Part shown: in pieces, positions 16,820 through 25,962 of the stretch
Layout: the number at the start of each line of letters is the position of its first letter
Numbering within the stretch: position 1 is the first letter of the stretch
Assembly: GCA_051305895.1 (NCBI GenBank)
Contig: JBPPME010000105.1
Span: 1 to 48,346, forward strand
Length of the DNA stretch: 48,346 bases
DNA from: Candidatus Saccharimonadales bacterium
GTDB taxonomy: Bacteria > Patescibacteriota > Saccharimonadia > Saccharimonadales > Saccharimonadaceae
Direction: 5' to 3'
Translations under genes and position numbers: made by a program
The notes under the pieces: model-generated
Database searches by the model: none
What the model was told of the DNA's origin: nothing
What the model saw: the letters and a program-made list of their open reading frames with translations, nothing else

Positions 16820-18031
16820 ATGAGGATGAGAGAACAAAAACAACTTGGTGTCGTCTCATTGTTTATTGTGGTATTTGCTTGTCTGGCGGTCACGATTGTC
16901 ACAGTGAGTTTTGTCAGTATTATGATTCGTGGTCAACAGCAAGCAATCGATACTGATCTGGCAAATAGTGCCTACGACTCGGCAATTGCTGGTGTGGAAG
17001 ATGCCAAACGATTAGCGCTTCTATATCGTGGCTGCAAGAATAGCGGCACGCTCGATACAACATGTCAATCGGTATTGAATGCGGTAGAAAATCAAGATTG
17101 CAATTCTATACAAACGGGGCTTGGGATTGGTTCGGCCGAAGAGGTATTAGTCAGAAGCAGTTTGAGCGATACCGCTGCTGAGCAGCTCGATCAAGCCTAT
17201 ACCTGCGTCAAGATTAATTATTATCCTAAGGATTTCATTCGTGAATTGCAGCAAAATACGACACAGCTTGTCGAGCTAAAAGGCATTGATCCATATAACT
17301 CGGTGCGTATTAGTTGGCACCTACGGACGGATTCGACTATATCAATGACAGGAATTGCTGCACCTTTGTCAGTAGCCGATGAAGATTTGCCAGCATCAAG
17401 TGGTAATAACTGGCCAGCAACAACTCCAGCGATTCTGCGTGCCCAGTTCATTCAGACAAAGAGTGATGACTTTACACTTGCAGACTTTAATGATACGACA
17501 GATTCAGGCCGGAATTCTGCCGCAACGTTCTTGTATCCAAGTGTTGTAGCAACTGCAAACTTATGGCCAACACCTGTTAGTTTGCTTACTGCGGATCCAG
17601 CACTTTCGACAAACCCTACGATACCTAAGGAGCCAACTACGGTCAATTGCCGACAGGATATATACAATGATGGTTCCTATGCCTGTTCGGCATTGATTGA
17701 ACTACCTGACCCAAGGGGCGGTGGTCTACGGGCCAATTCATATCTTGCATTGAGCAGTTTCTACAATGATACTGACTACAAGATTGAGCTTATAGATACT
17801 TTGTCTCCTGGTGACTATCTCAACCAGCCTATTTCTTTTGATGGTGTACAGCCAGCAGTTGACTCGACCGGCAGAGCAAATGATTTGTTCCGTCGTGTGG
17901 ATGCTCGTATTGAGTTTACGCCAGATCTTGCATATCCAAATGCTGCACTCGATCTCAGCGATACTCTCTGTAAAGCATTTGCTCTTACTGACAATCGAGC
18001 TGATTTTCAGCCGGGCACATGCACACCGTAG
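16820..18031 (+). CDS. PilX-N-like pilus-associated protein (candidate tip or priming-complex component)
   Basis: The N-terminal hydrophobic helix without Glu+5, followed by ...ANSAYDSAIAGVEDAKRLAL, resembles the PilX N-terminal domain. It has a large Cys-containing C-terminal domain and is the last gene of the pilin block. Confidence 0.5.
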   Translation: MRMREQKQLGVVSLFIVVFACLAVTIVTVSFVSIMIRGQQQAIDTDLANSAYDSAIAGVEDAKRLALLYRGCKNSGTLDTTCQSVLNAVENQDCNSIQTGLGIGSAEEVLVRSSLSDTAAEQLDQAYTCVKINYYPKDFIRELQQNTTQLVELKGIDPYNSVRISWHLRTDSTISMTGIAAPLSVADEDLPASSGNNWPATTPAILRAQFIQTKSDDFTLADFNDTTDSGRNSAATFLYPSVVATANLWPTPVSLLTADPALSTNPTIPKEPTTVNCRQDIYNDGSYACSALIELPDPRGGGLRANSYLALSSFYNDTDYKIELIDTLSPGDYLNQPISFDGVQPAVDSTGRANDLFRRVDARIEFTPDLAYPNAALDLSDTLCKAFALTDNRADFQPGTCTP

Positions 18032-18037
18032 AACCGT

Positions 18038-18952
18038 CTAGGTGTCGGTATGGAATCGTTCGTGAACATCACGGAGGTGTTCATCAGTCACGTGTGTATA
18101 GACTTGAGTTGTACTGATATTGCTATGCCCAAGCATGCTTTGCACAGAACGGATATCGGCACCATTCATGAGTAAATCAGTTGCAAAGCTATGGCGCATT
18201 GTGTGTGGGCTGACGTGTTTGGTGATACCGGCCAGGCGAGCATACTTGTTGGTGAGTCGCTGCACACTACGAGTGGTTAGGCGACGGTAGTCACCATCAC
18301 GTGTCACTGCTGAGCTATTACGGCTGTAGTTAAGGAAGAGCGGTGGGAGATTGTCGATACGCGTAGCGAGATAATCGCTGACTTTTTCCGCGGCTGATTT
18401 GCTGATGAATATTGGCCGGTCTTTTTGACCCTTACCACGAACCATGAACTCGCGACGTTTAGCATTGATATGGTCGCGATTGAGACCGACAAGCTCTGAG
18501 ACACGCAGCCCACCAGAAAAGAGCAGTTCGATGATTGCACGATCGCGTAGACCTTCTTCGCTAGAGTTATCGATAGTATCGATCAGACGTATGACTTCGT
18601 CAAAGTGCAGGAAAGTAACCTGCTTGCGGACCGTCTTGGGTAGCTTGATCTTATCGGGGCTAAGGCTAGGAATATCCCGATCACCGAGATACCGTAGGAA
18701 ACCACGTAGAGCGATAAGGTGATAGCTCTGCGTAAGCATAGAGAGTGTATCACCATGATCATTTTCGTGCCGGTTGAGCCAGAGGCGATAACGTCGGATG
18801 ATCTCGCTAGTGATTTTTGCAACCTCAATGTCGTCGGTAAACTCTACAAACCGCTCGAGGTAGCGTTGGTAATTCTCAGCAGTCTTTGCAGATCGTCCAC
18901 CTTCCACTTCAAGTGACTCAACAAAATCGCGGATAAGCTCAGAAACGTACAT
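18038..18952 (-). CDS. xerC: Tyrosine recombinase XerC/XerD family
   Basis: SAM-like N-domain (SAKTAENYQRYLERFVEF) and the catalytic R..H.R.Y pattern: GLRVSELVGL, HTMRHSFATDLL.NGADIRSVQSMLGHSNISTTQVYTHV. I start at ATG 18952, with TATACT 6 nt upstream. Confidence 0.88.
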   Translation of the reverse strand: MYVSELIRDFVESLEVEGGRSAKTAENYQRYLERFVEFTDDIEVAKITSEIIRRYRLWLNRHENDHGDTLSMLTQSYHLIALRGFLRYLGDRDIPSLSPDKIKLPKTVRKQVTFLHFDEVIRLIDTIDNSSEEGLRDRAIIELLFSGGLRVSELVGLNRDHINAKRREFMVRGKGQKDRPIFISKSAAEKVSDYLATRIDNLPPLFLNYSRNSSAVTRDGDYRRLTTRSVQRLTNKYARLAGITKHVSPHTMRHSFATDLLMNGADIRSVQSMLGHSNISTTQVYTHVTDEHLRDVHERFHTDT

Positions 18953-19048
18953 GCTTATAGTATAACCCAACGAATTAAGAGAGGATATAGACTCTGTTTG
19001 CATCTCGGATTGAAGTCAGGTTGCATATGAGTATAGTACAATTATTGT

Positions 19049-19843
19049 ATGGATTTCCTTGAGGCTATTATTTTAGGTTTGGTACAGGGGCTGACCGAAT
19101 TTATTCCAGTATCGAGTAGTGGACATCTCGTTATTGTGCAAAATCTAATGAACGGTAGGGCGGATCATTTATTTATTCAGGCACTCGATTTTGGCACTAC
19201 ACTAGCATTAGTGATTTATTTCTGGCCGAAGCTTGTCGATCTCTTTAGACGGGTCTTCTATAAACATGATTATCGATTAGCACGCAACATCTTAATCACC
19301 TGTGTTCCGGCAGGATTACTCGGATTGCTGCTTGCCGACTTTATTCAAAGTAGTGCGGTGCTCTTGTCGCCACTTGTCGTGGCTCTAACGTTGGCACTGG
19401 TAGGTATTTTGATGGTTATAGTCGATCGTCTGCCAAAGAAATCAGCCAAGGAGACGGGGACCGATCTTAGTCCGCGACGGGCTCTCGTAGTGGGTCTTGC
19501 GCAAAGCTTTGCATTGATTCCTGGCGTCTCACGCTCGGGCTCGACAATCATTGCTTCTCGGGTAATGGGGCTTGGATCAAAGGCTGCAGCTGAATACAGT
19601 TTCATGGTGTCGATTCCGATTATGCTGGGACTTATTACCAAGCTACTCGTTAAGTCGGCCGACAGAGAATATATACTCGCGCATCTTGATACAATCATCG
19701 CGGCTAATGTTGTTGCATTTGTCGCATCACTGGTAGCTATCCATTTCCTACTAGGCTACCTCAGCGAGCATGGTTTGAGCGCTTTCGGCTGGTATCGCAT
19801 CGGAATGGCGACTGTCATCGTGTCGGTACTTTTGCTACAATAA
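19049..19843 (+). CDS. uppP: Undecaprenyl-diphosphate phosphatase (BacA/UppP)
   Basis: GLVQGLTEFIPVSSSGHL and PGVSRSGSTI motifs, polytopic membrane protein. TACAAT lies 6 nt upstream of the ATG. Confidence 0.9.
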   Translation: MDFLEAIILGLVQGLTEFIPVSSSGHLVIVQNLMNGRADHLFIQALDFGTTLALVIYFWPKLVDLFRRVFYKHDYRLARNILITCVPAGLLGLLLADFIQSSAVLLSPLVVALTLALVGILMVIVDRLPKKSAKETGTDLSPRRALVVGLAQSFALIPGVSRSGSTIIASRVMGLGSKAAAEYSFMVSIPIMLGLITKLLVKSADREYILAHLDTIIAANVVAFVASLVAIHFLLGYLSEHGLSAFGWYRIGMATVIVSVLLLQ

Positions 19844-19875
19844 GGGCAAGTAAATAAAAGGAGCCATCACATATT

Positions 19876-20382
19876 ATGAGTAATAAAGTTGAACAGACAC
19901 TAATCTTGTTTAAGCCGGATACTGTACAGCGCGGCCTCGTAGGAGAGATTCTGACACGGTTTGAGCGAGTTGGCCTGAAGATTATTGGTACGAAAATGAT
20001 CTTCCCTGATAAGGATCATTACTATCACCACTATGAAAACATTGGTCAGATGGTAACTCGCCGCGGCCAACAAGCATTTGATGTGACGCTCGACATGATG
20101 ATCCAAGGTCCAGTTATCGCCATGGTCTTCGAAGGTGTTGAGGCAGTTGCGTTGGTGCGCAAACTGGTTGGTGGTACCGAACCTAAGTCGGCACTTCCTG
20201 GTACAATCCGCGGTGACTTCAGTCATATGAGCTTTGAATACGCGGACGGCCAAAAGAAGGGTATTCCAAATCTTATTCACGCATCCGGTGATCCAGCTGA
20301 AGCTGAACAGGAAATCGGTCACTGGTTCAGCGATGACGAACTCTATAACTACGAGACGGCCAACGAGAAGTTTACTCGGTAG
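19876..20382 (+). CDS. ndk: Nucleoside-diphosphate kinase (slightly extended variant)
   Basis: EQTLILFKPDTVQRGLVGEILTRFERVGLKIIGTKM, TIRGDF and NLIHASGD, which contains the active-site His. SD aaaaggag. Confidence 0.85.
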   Translation: MSNKVEQTLILFKPDTVQRGLVGEILTRFERVGLKIIGTKMIFPDKDHYYHHYENIGQMVTRRGQQAFDVTLDMMIQGPVIAMVFEGVEAVALVRKLVGGTEPKSALPGTIRGDFSHMSFEYADGQKKGIPNLIHASGDPAEAEQEIGHWFSDDELYNYETANEKFTR

Positions 20383-20389
20383 TTTGAAT

Positions 20390-20426
20390 GTAATAGAAAC
20401 CCCGTAGCGTTTAGGGTCTCTATTAC
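20390..20426 (+). terminator. Stem-loop after ndk (13-bp stem with one mismatch, no clear U-tract)
   Basis: gtaatagaaaccc-N11-gggtctctattac. Confidence 0.4.
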
Positions 20427-20530
20427 ATGTTAGAATGAGGAGGGGAAGAAAACAGCTCGAGCGGGTGAATTTATTACGATACGCGGCGCAATAGGAAAAT
20501 AGTAGGCTTGTTTTATCGATTAAGTAACTT

Positions 20531-20607
20531 GCCTCGGTAGCTCAATTGGATAGAGCAGATCCGTCCTAAGGATAAGGTTGTAGGTTCGATTCCTGCCCGG
20601 GGTACCA
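20531..20607 (+). tRNA. tRNA-Arg (anticodon CCT)
   Basis: A manual cloverleaf was built: acceptor GCCTCGG/CCGGGGT, D arm GCTC..GAGC, anticodon loop gTCCTAa, T arm GTAGG-TTCGATT-CCTGC, and an encoded CCA. Confidence 0.8.
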
Positions 20608-20615
20608 GAAAGATT

Positions 20616-21155
20616 ATGACAAAAGCAGATACGACAACGGTAGAAAAAGATTTTGATGGTCAGCGCGAAGACGAGGAGCTACTGTTTATCTTTCGTCGCC
20701 ATGTCATTGCGATGCGCAAAGGCTTCTATGAAGTGCTAGGCGCTGTAGTGATTACCTCGATTCCGCCGCTGATTTGGCAGTCAAATCTTGAGTTGTTCCT
20801 TTTGCCAATTGCTGGTCTTCTTATTGGTCTCGTGCTCTTTTCGTACCAGTTTATGATTTGGTATTTTACCGTCTATATTGTCTCCGATCAGCGTCTTCGG
20901 CAGGTCACACAAAACGGTTTCTTCGGTAAGGATGTTGTGGAGCTGCAGCTATCAAAGATTCAAAACATAAGCTATAATGTACCTGGGTTCTCGGGTGAGG
21001 TTTTTGGGTATGGAACACTGGTCATTCAGACATTTGTCGGTGATTTAGTGATTCACAATGTCGAACACCCAGATAAGATCTACAACAAATTGCAGGATGC
21101 CGTAATCGTTGCTGCAAATAAGCAAGGGAATGATGAAAAAAGTACCACTCCATAA
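20616..21155 (+). CDS. Membrane protein with a bacterial PH (YdbS/YdbT-like, bPH_2) domain
   Basis: Two TM helices are followed by SDQRLRQVTQNGFFGKDVVELQLSKIQNISYNVPGFSGEVFGYGTLVIQT. It starts 8 nt after the tRNA-Arg CCA end. Confidence 0.55.
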   Translation: MTKADTTTVEKDFDGQREDEELLFIFRRHVIAMRKGFYEVLGAVVITSIPPLIWQSNLELFLLPIAGLLIGLVLFSYQFMIWYFTVYIVSDQRLRQVTQNGFFGKDVVELQLSKIQNISYNVPGFSGEVFGYGTLVIQTFVGDLVIHNVEHPDKIYNKLQDAVIVAANKQGNDEKSTTP

Positions 21156-22212
21156 GGTAAAGTTACCTCGTCGCAAGAAAAAGGCAAATGAAACGTCGTC
21201 GCGCATCACCAATGAAACTGTTGCTGAGCATCGAGAGCGCATTCTTGCTGGCGGCCGTCGGTTCAAATACCCACACCAGTATGTCAAACACAGACTGGTA
21301 ATCAACGCGGTTCTTATCGCTGTGGTCTTTGCGGTTCTTATCTCTATCGTTGGCTGGTGGCAGCTCTACAAGGCGCAAAATACCACCGAATTTGTCTATC
21401 GTACTACCCGCGTACTGCCTCTGCCGGTTGCAACAGTGGATGGAGAGTGGATCAACTATAGTGACTACCTCATGCGTTATCGTAGTCAAGAGTTGTGGAT
21501 GACAACGAAGGGCAAGGCGACATTCAATAGTAATAGTGAGGACAGCGAACGAGAACTTAACTTTATCAAACGACGTGTTCTAGACGAACTTGTCGCGGTG
21601 GTGTATGCGCAGAAACGGGCGCGTGATCTTACTATTTCAGTGACCGATGTTGAGATTCAGGCGGTGATTGACAGTGAACGCGATACTGCTACGGGACGTA
21701 TTTCTCAAGAGGTATATGAGACGAATATAAAGTACACACTGGGGTATTCTCCTGATGAATATCGACATATCATCAAGCAGCTACTTCTTCGTCAGAAGGT
21801 AGCCTACGCAGTTGATACGACAGCCGCCAAAGCGCGCGAGACGGTTGCTGCTAGTTTTGGGAAGGACTCAAAGCAGACCTTCGACAAACTGACAGAAGAT
21901 TTGAAGTCAAAAGGTGTTAATGTTGAGTTTGGCGCTTCTGGTTTGGTACTCAAAAATAACCATGACGGTGGGTTAAGTCGTGCAGCATTGAAACTCAAGG
22001 ATGGTGAAGTATCTTCGGCTATCCAGTCAACGACTGGCGACGGTTATTATTTTGTACGACGCTTGGCGACGAATGACCGTCAGGTGAGCTATGAGTACAT
22101 AAAAGTGCCGCTGAGGGTGTTTAATGATGAAGTAGCGAGTCTTCAAAAAGACGGTAAGGTGAAAGAATATATCGATATTCCAACAGTAGAAGAACTACAA
22201 AAAAGGGGATAA
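21130..22212 (+). CDS. Membrane-anchored SurA-N / parvulin-like chaperone (PpiD/PrsA-like)
   Basis: An N-terminal basic segment and TM are followed by a SurA_N-like helical region. The C-terminal ...GEVSSAIQSTTGDGYYFVRRL resembles the end of a parvulin domain. It overlaps the upstream gene by about 26 nt. Confidence 0.45.
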   Translation: MMKKVPLHKVKLPRRKKKANETSSRITNETVAEHRERILAGGRRFKYPHQYVKHRLVINAVLIAVVFAVLISIVGWWQLYKAQNTTEFVYRTTRVLPLPVATVDGEWINYSDYLMRYRSQELWMTTKGKATFNSNSEDSERELNFIKRRVLDELVAVVYAQKRARDLTISVTDVEIQAVIDSERDTATGRISQEVYETNIKYTLGYSPDEYRHIIKQLLLRQKVAYAVDTTAAKARETVAASFGKDSKQTFDKLTEDLKSKGVNVEFGASGLVLKNNHDGGLSRAALKLKDGEVSSAIQSTTGDGYYFVRRLATNDRQVSYEYIKVPLRVFNDEVASLQKDGKVKEYIDIPTVEELQKRG

Positions 22213-22215
22213 CTA

Positions 22216-22821
22216 ATGTACACACTACCTAAACTTAGCTACGAGTATGACGCGTTTGGCAGTTATATTAGTGGGACGATCATGGAATTGCATCACAGCA
22301 AGCACCATCAAGCTTACGTTGATAAGCTCAACGCGGCACTTGACCAAGCTCCAGCACTGCAAGAACGGTCACTCGAGAGTATTCTGAGTAATCTCAATAG
22401 TCTGCCGACCGAGGTACAGACGGCAATCCGTAACCAGGGTGGTGGTCATTACAATCATAGCCTCTTTTGGCAATGGATGTCACCAGATGGTGGTGGCGAG
22501 CCGACAGGTGAGCTGGCGGAAAAGCTCACCGAGAAGTACGGAAGCTTCCAGGGTTTCGTGGATGAATTTATGACAAAATCACTCACCATCTTTGGGAGTG
22601 GCTGGACGTGGCTACAGCCTGATATGAGTATTATCACGACTGCCAACCAGGACACGCCAATCATGCAAGGATTTGAAGAACCACTGTTAGGACTCGACGT
22701 ATGGGAACATGCGTATTATCTTGACTACAAGAACAAACGAGATGATTACATCAATGCCTGGTGGAATGTTGTTGATTGGAACTTTGTGGCTGCTCGAATG
22801 AAAGAGACATTGGTTGCGTAG
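22216..22821 (+). CDS. sodA: Fe/Mn superoxide dismutase
   Basis: LPKLSYEYDAF...HHSKHHQAYV, GGGHYNHSLFW and DVWEHAYYLDYKNKR metal-ligand motifs. Confidence 0.92.
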   Translation: MYTLPKLSYEYDAFGSYISGTIMELHHSKHHQAYVDKLNAALDQAPALQERSLESILSNLNSLPTEVQTAIRNQGGGHYNHSLFWQWMSPDGGGEPTGELAEKLTEKYGSFQGFVDEFMTKSLTIFGSGWTWLQPDMSIITTANQDTPIMQGFEEPLLGLDVWEHAYYLDYKNKRDDYINAWWNVVDWNFVAARMKETLVA

Positions 22822-22906
22822 AGCAGATGACACATATACTACTCGTTACGTATACGTTTAAAATCGAGATACAAAAAACCCCACCGCAAGAGTGAGATGT
22901 TTTGTA

Positions 22907-22984
22907 TGGCGCGCCCGACCGGATTCGAACCGGCTATCTCCTCCGTGACAGGGAGGCGTGATGGACCAGCTTCACTACGAGCGC
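22907..22984 (-). tRNA. tRNA-Asp (anticodon GTC)
   Basis: The reverse complement folds as acceptor GCGCTCG/CGGGCGC, anticodon stem CCTCC/GGAGG, loop CTGTCAC and T loop TTCGAAT, with an encoded CCA. Confidence 0.88.
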
Positions 22985-23095
22985 ACAGCGTCGTTTTGAC
23001 TCCACGTATCATAACAAAAAATCCTTCTGGGCGCAACTCCCTTACTAGTGTTGTGACGCGGTATTCCTTGGGTTATAATAGGGAAGATCTACCTT

Positions 23096-23171
23096 GCCGC
23101 TGTAGCTCAGCTGGTAGAGCGGCGCTTTCGTAAAGCGTAGGTCATCGGTTCAAATCCGGTCAGCGGCTCCA
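23096..23171 (+). tRNA. tRNA-Thr (anticodon CGT), discriminator U
   Basis: Acceptor GCCGCTG/CAGCGGC, D arm GCTC-AGCTGGTA-GAGC, anticodon loop TTCGTAA, T arm ATCGG-TTCAAAT-CCGGT, then T-CCA. Confidence 0.9.
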
Positions 23172-23189
23172 TATCGTTTTATAAATATC

Positions 23190-23567
23190 ATGAAAAAGCA
23201 ATTTCTCAATTCATTACAGGATCTATTCAAAGACAAGCGATTACTTGGCTTAAGTATCGTTATTATTGTGATTGCTATCATTTACGTGCTGTATGTCGCA
23301 CTTTCTCTAGGCCCGACCGAGCAGCAAATTGCTACTCGGTATAGTGCTTTCGGTGATACACATCTCTACCGCAACAAATGGTACTATCTCCTAACATTTA
23401 TTGTCTTCGCCGTGGTCGTAGCGGTATCCCACATCATGTTGATGTTGAAGCTTAAAGAGCGTGGTATTCGCTCACTCGGCGTAGGGTTGGGCTTTCTTAC
23501 GATCATTCTCCTTGTGATCCTTTTCTTCATTACGCGGGCAGTTTTAGGAATTGCATACCTTTCATAA
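23190..23567 (+). CDS. Small polytopic membrane protein (unknown function)
   Basis: Three or four hydrophobic helices, immediately upstream of and co-oriented with the GT2 gene. Confidence 0.5.
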   Translation: MKKQFLNSLQDLFKDKRLLGLSIVIIVIAIIYVLYVALSLGPTEQQIATRYSAFGDTHLYRNKWYYLLTFIVFAVVVAVSHIMLMLKLKERGIRSLGVGLGFLTIILLVILFFITRAVLGIAYLS

Positions 23568-23576
23568 CGGCCTTCT

Positions 23577-25220
23577 ATGAATGATCTTGAAATTCCAGTC
23601 GGCCGACGTACAAGGTTATATCGATTCTTCGAAATGGTACCGGCGCTACTGAGTTATGGCGCTATCGTCCTTTTACTTGTTCTTTCGATCGTCAGTCCCG
23701 TACTGACGGCGATATATCTGTTATTGATCGTCATGACCCTGCTAGTAAAGGCTGTAGGGACGGCAATTCACATGCTTCGTGGTCATCATCGTGTCGGAAA
23801 GGCGGGTAGTATTCATTGGCATGAATGGCTCACGGAACTTGAGCGACCCGAGGAATCATGGCAACGACTCTCAGTGTCGGCGAAGCGCAAACATGATTAT
23901 TTTCAGACAGCGCGTTACGAGAATCTTGCTCTTGTTGCATCAAACCCCCAACATTATCCAAAACCATCAGAGATATATAACGCGCTAATCATCGCGACAT
24001 ACAATGAGTCACTGGAAATCCTTGAGGAGACGCTGCGATCGGTCATCGACACCACCTATGAGAAGTCACGTCTAATTGTCATCCTGACTTACGAGGAGCG
24101 GGGTGGCGTGTTGATTGAAGACAGAGCTAAGAAACTTCAGAAGAAATTCGCCTCAGAATTGCCTCATTTCTTCATTACCAAGCATCCTGCGAATATCGAG
24201 GGCGAGGTAAAGGGCAAAGGTGCTAATATAACCTGGGCAGGCCACTATCTACGTGAATGGATCGACAAAGAGAGAATCGCCCATGACAATGTCATCGTCA
24301 CGACACTGGATAGTGACAATCATCCACATAAGACGTATTTCGATTATTTGACGTATGAATTTATCATTCACGATAATCGTCATCATCTGTCATTCCAGCC
24401 GGTGTCATTATTCCTCAATAATATTTGGGATGTGCCGGCGCCGATGCGTGTGGTGGCTACAGGCAACTCATTTTGGAATATCATCAGTGCAATGCGCCCG
24501 CATGCACTCCGTAACTTCGCATCCCATTCTCAGCCACTCAGTGCGCTTGTTGGTATGGATTTCTGGAGTAAGCGTACGATTGTTGAGGATGGACATCAGT
24601 ATTGGCGGAGCTATTTCTATTTCAACGGCGAATATGATGTTATACCGTTGTTTGTGCCGATCTATCAGGATGCCGTGCTCTCAGACACTTACGTCAAGAC
24701 ATTAAAGGCGCAGTTTGGCCAGCTACGTCGATGGGCGTATGGTGCATCAGATGTGCCGTACGTGGCGGTGCGTATCTTCTCACGCCACCGTGAGGTGCCA
24801 TTTTTTGCTGGGCTTGCGCGCTTGGTGCGACTGATTGATGGCCATGTCACGTTAGCTTGTATTCCATTTTTGGTGACGTTTGGCGGGTGGGTGCCACTGT
24901 TCGTGAATGGTGAAGCGTTACGTAGCGTCGCTGCTAACCAACTGCCAGAGGTACTTGGCGTATTGCAGCGGGTAGCTATGATTGGACTTATCGTGATGGT
25001 ATTTCTATCGTTCCGCATGCTGCCGCCACGTCCAGCACGCTACAAGCGACACAGAAATTTTCTCATGGTTGCCCAGTGGGTACTAATGCCAGTGACGGCT
25101 ATATGCTATAGTGCCATTTCTGCCTTCTACTCACAGACGCGGTTATTCCTAGGCAAATACATGGACGTATTTGAGGTAACTGATAAAGCGACTGCCACCC
25201 CTCCCACTAAAAAGCTATAA
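23577..25220 (+). CDS. Membrane-embedded family-2 glycosyltransferase (processive, cellulose/chitin-synthase-like architecture)
   Basis: Motif order IATYNES ... TLDSDN ... EDGHQYWR ... QLRRWAYG matches D, D, D, Q(Q/R)xRW. TM helices flank both sides of the catalytic domain. Confidence 0.8.
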   Translation: MNDLEIPVGRRTRLYRFFEMVPALLSYGAIVLLLVLSIVSPVLTAIYLLLIVMTLLVKAVGTAIHMLRGHHRVGKAGSIHWHEWLTELERPEESWQRLSVSAKRKHDYFQTARYENLALVASNPQHYPKPSEIYNALIIATYNESLEILEETLRSVIDTTYEKSRLIVILTYEERGGVLIEDRAKKLQKKFASELPHFFITKHPANIEGEVKGKGANITWAGHYLREWIDKERIAHDNVIVTTLDSDNHPHKTYFDYLTYEFIIHDNRHHLSFQPVSLFLNNIWDVPAPMRVVATGNSFWNIISAMRPHALRNFASHSQPLSALVGMDFWSKRTIVEDGHQYWRSYFYFNGEYDVIPLFVPIYQDAVLSDTYVKTLKAQFGQLRRWAYGASDVPYVAVRIFSRHREVPFFAGLARLVRLIDGHVTLACIPFLVTFGGWVPLFVNGEALRSVAANQLPEVLGVLQRVAMIGLIVMVFLSFRMLPPRPARYKRHRNFLMVAQWVLMPVTAICYSAISAFYSQTRLFLGKYMDVFEVTDKATATPPTKKL

Positions 25221-25316
25221 TCGACTCCAGCTGTTCTGACTAGGTTAAGCATTAAAAGAGCATCCTCCCTCCCACAGTGCAGGTATTTCATAGAGAGCAG
25301 TACACGTTGACGTATG

Positions 25317-25448
25317 CTACGAAACGTCGTATGTACGCCGTTGGGTTAGTTTACGCTCTTCTTTGAGAGTGCGATTGTATTCGAAACCAAGTTTGAACTC
25401 TTCGAGCTTTGACGGCTTCTTGTGGTGGACGAGTGAAGTGTTACTCAT
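25317..25448 (-). CDS. Small basic protein, 43 aa (MSNTSLVHHKKPSKLEEFKLGFEYNRTLKEERKLTQRRTYDVS), not in the ORF track
   Basis: It is preceded on its strand by TTGACA (25483-25478), a 17-nt spacer, TGcTAATAT (25463-25455) and 6 nt before the ATG. That is a near-consensus promoter placed for a leaderless transcript. Confidence 0.4.
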   Translation of the reverse strand: MSNTSLVHHKKPSKLEEFKLGFEYNRTLKEERKLTQRRTYDVS

Positions 25449-25454
25449 GATTAT

Positions 25455-25483
25455 ATATTAGCATAAGCTTATATATATGTCAA
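25455..25483 (-). promoter_or_regulatory. Near-consensus sigma70-type promoter (TTGACA-17-TGcTAATAT)
   Basis: Read directly from the reverse complement of 25455-25483. Confidence 0.55.
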
Positions 25484-25626
25484 TGGAACACTATATATCG
25501 ATATATATCACAGTACACATATTCATATGGAAATTAGTGAATATCCATACGTGGAAAACTCTCGGCGAAATGGGTAAAACTGGGGAATAAAAAACGACCC
25601 CTGATGGAGTCGTTGGGTATGCGGTA

Positions 25627-25703
25627 TGGTGGGCGATGAGGAATTCGAATCCCCGACCTCTTCAACGTCAATGAAGCGCTCTAGCCAGCTGAGCTAATCG
25701 CCC
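25627..25703 (-). tRNA. tRNA-Val (anticodon GAC)
   Basis: The reverse complement folds as acceptor GGGCGAT/ATCGCCC, D arm GCTC-AGCTGGCTA-GAGC, anticodon stem CTTCA/TGAAG, loop TTGACGT and T loop TTCGAAT, then A-CCA. Confidence 0.9.
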
Positions 25704-25739
25704 GCGTAACTGTCTTATTTTACCAGATTAACCCCTCTG

Positions 25740-25962
25740 TTGCAATAATTGAGGTGAGGCGCTATTATTAATATCGAATGATGATGCAGTCTAACCAGCT
25801 GCGGAATTCCGTGGGCGTAGCGATGTACGAAACGTTGCTTCATAAGTGCCTTTTCTGAAGAAAAGGAAGTCCGGTGGAACCACCCTTGAAGAATTCGGGG
25901 TCCGAGACATGCGATATATGGATTTATTATTATGAGTCTATCCATCGCATGTTTTTATTTTT
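25740..25962 (+). promoter_or_regulatory. Candidate T-box-type tRNA-sensing leader of thrS (promoter, reduced specifier hairpin, Stem III, T-box motif, intrinsic terminator)
   Basis: Elements in order: promoter TTGCAA-17-TATTAT (25740-25768); hairpin 25786-25802 presenting cuaACCa in a 7-nt loop, where ACC is a Thr codon; a perfect 7-bp hairpin ccttttc/gaaaagg (25849-25866); then aaguccGGUGGAACCaccc (25867-25886), resembling the T-box core GGUGGnACC; then terminator catgcgat..atcgcatg plus tttttattttt (25908-25962); then SD aaaggag. Confidence 0.5.

Noticed and set aside
18038-18952. The tyrosine recombinase at the edge of the pilus cluster as a marker of a mobile pilus island.
   Set aside because: The sequence looks like housekeeping XerC/XerD. 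I saw no flanking direct repeats, no adjacent tRNA target and no composition break around the cluster.
25715-25945. 76-aa ORF on the minus strand upstream of thrS.
   Set aside because: It overlaps the structured thrS leader (hairpins, T-box-like motif and terminator) and has no start context. It is more parsimoniously non-coding.
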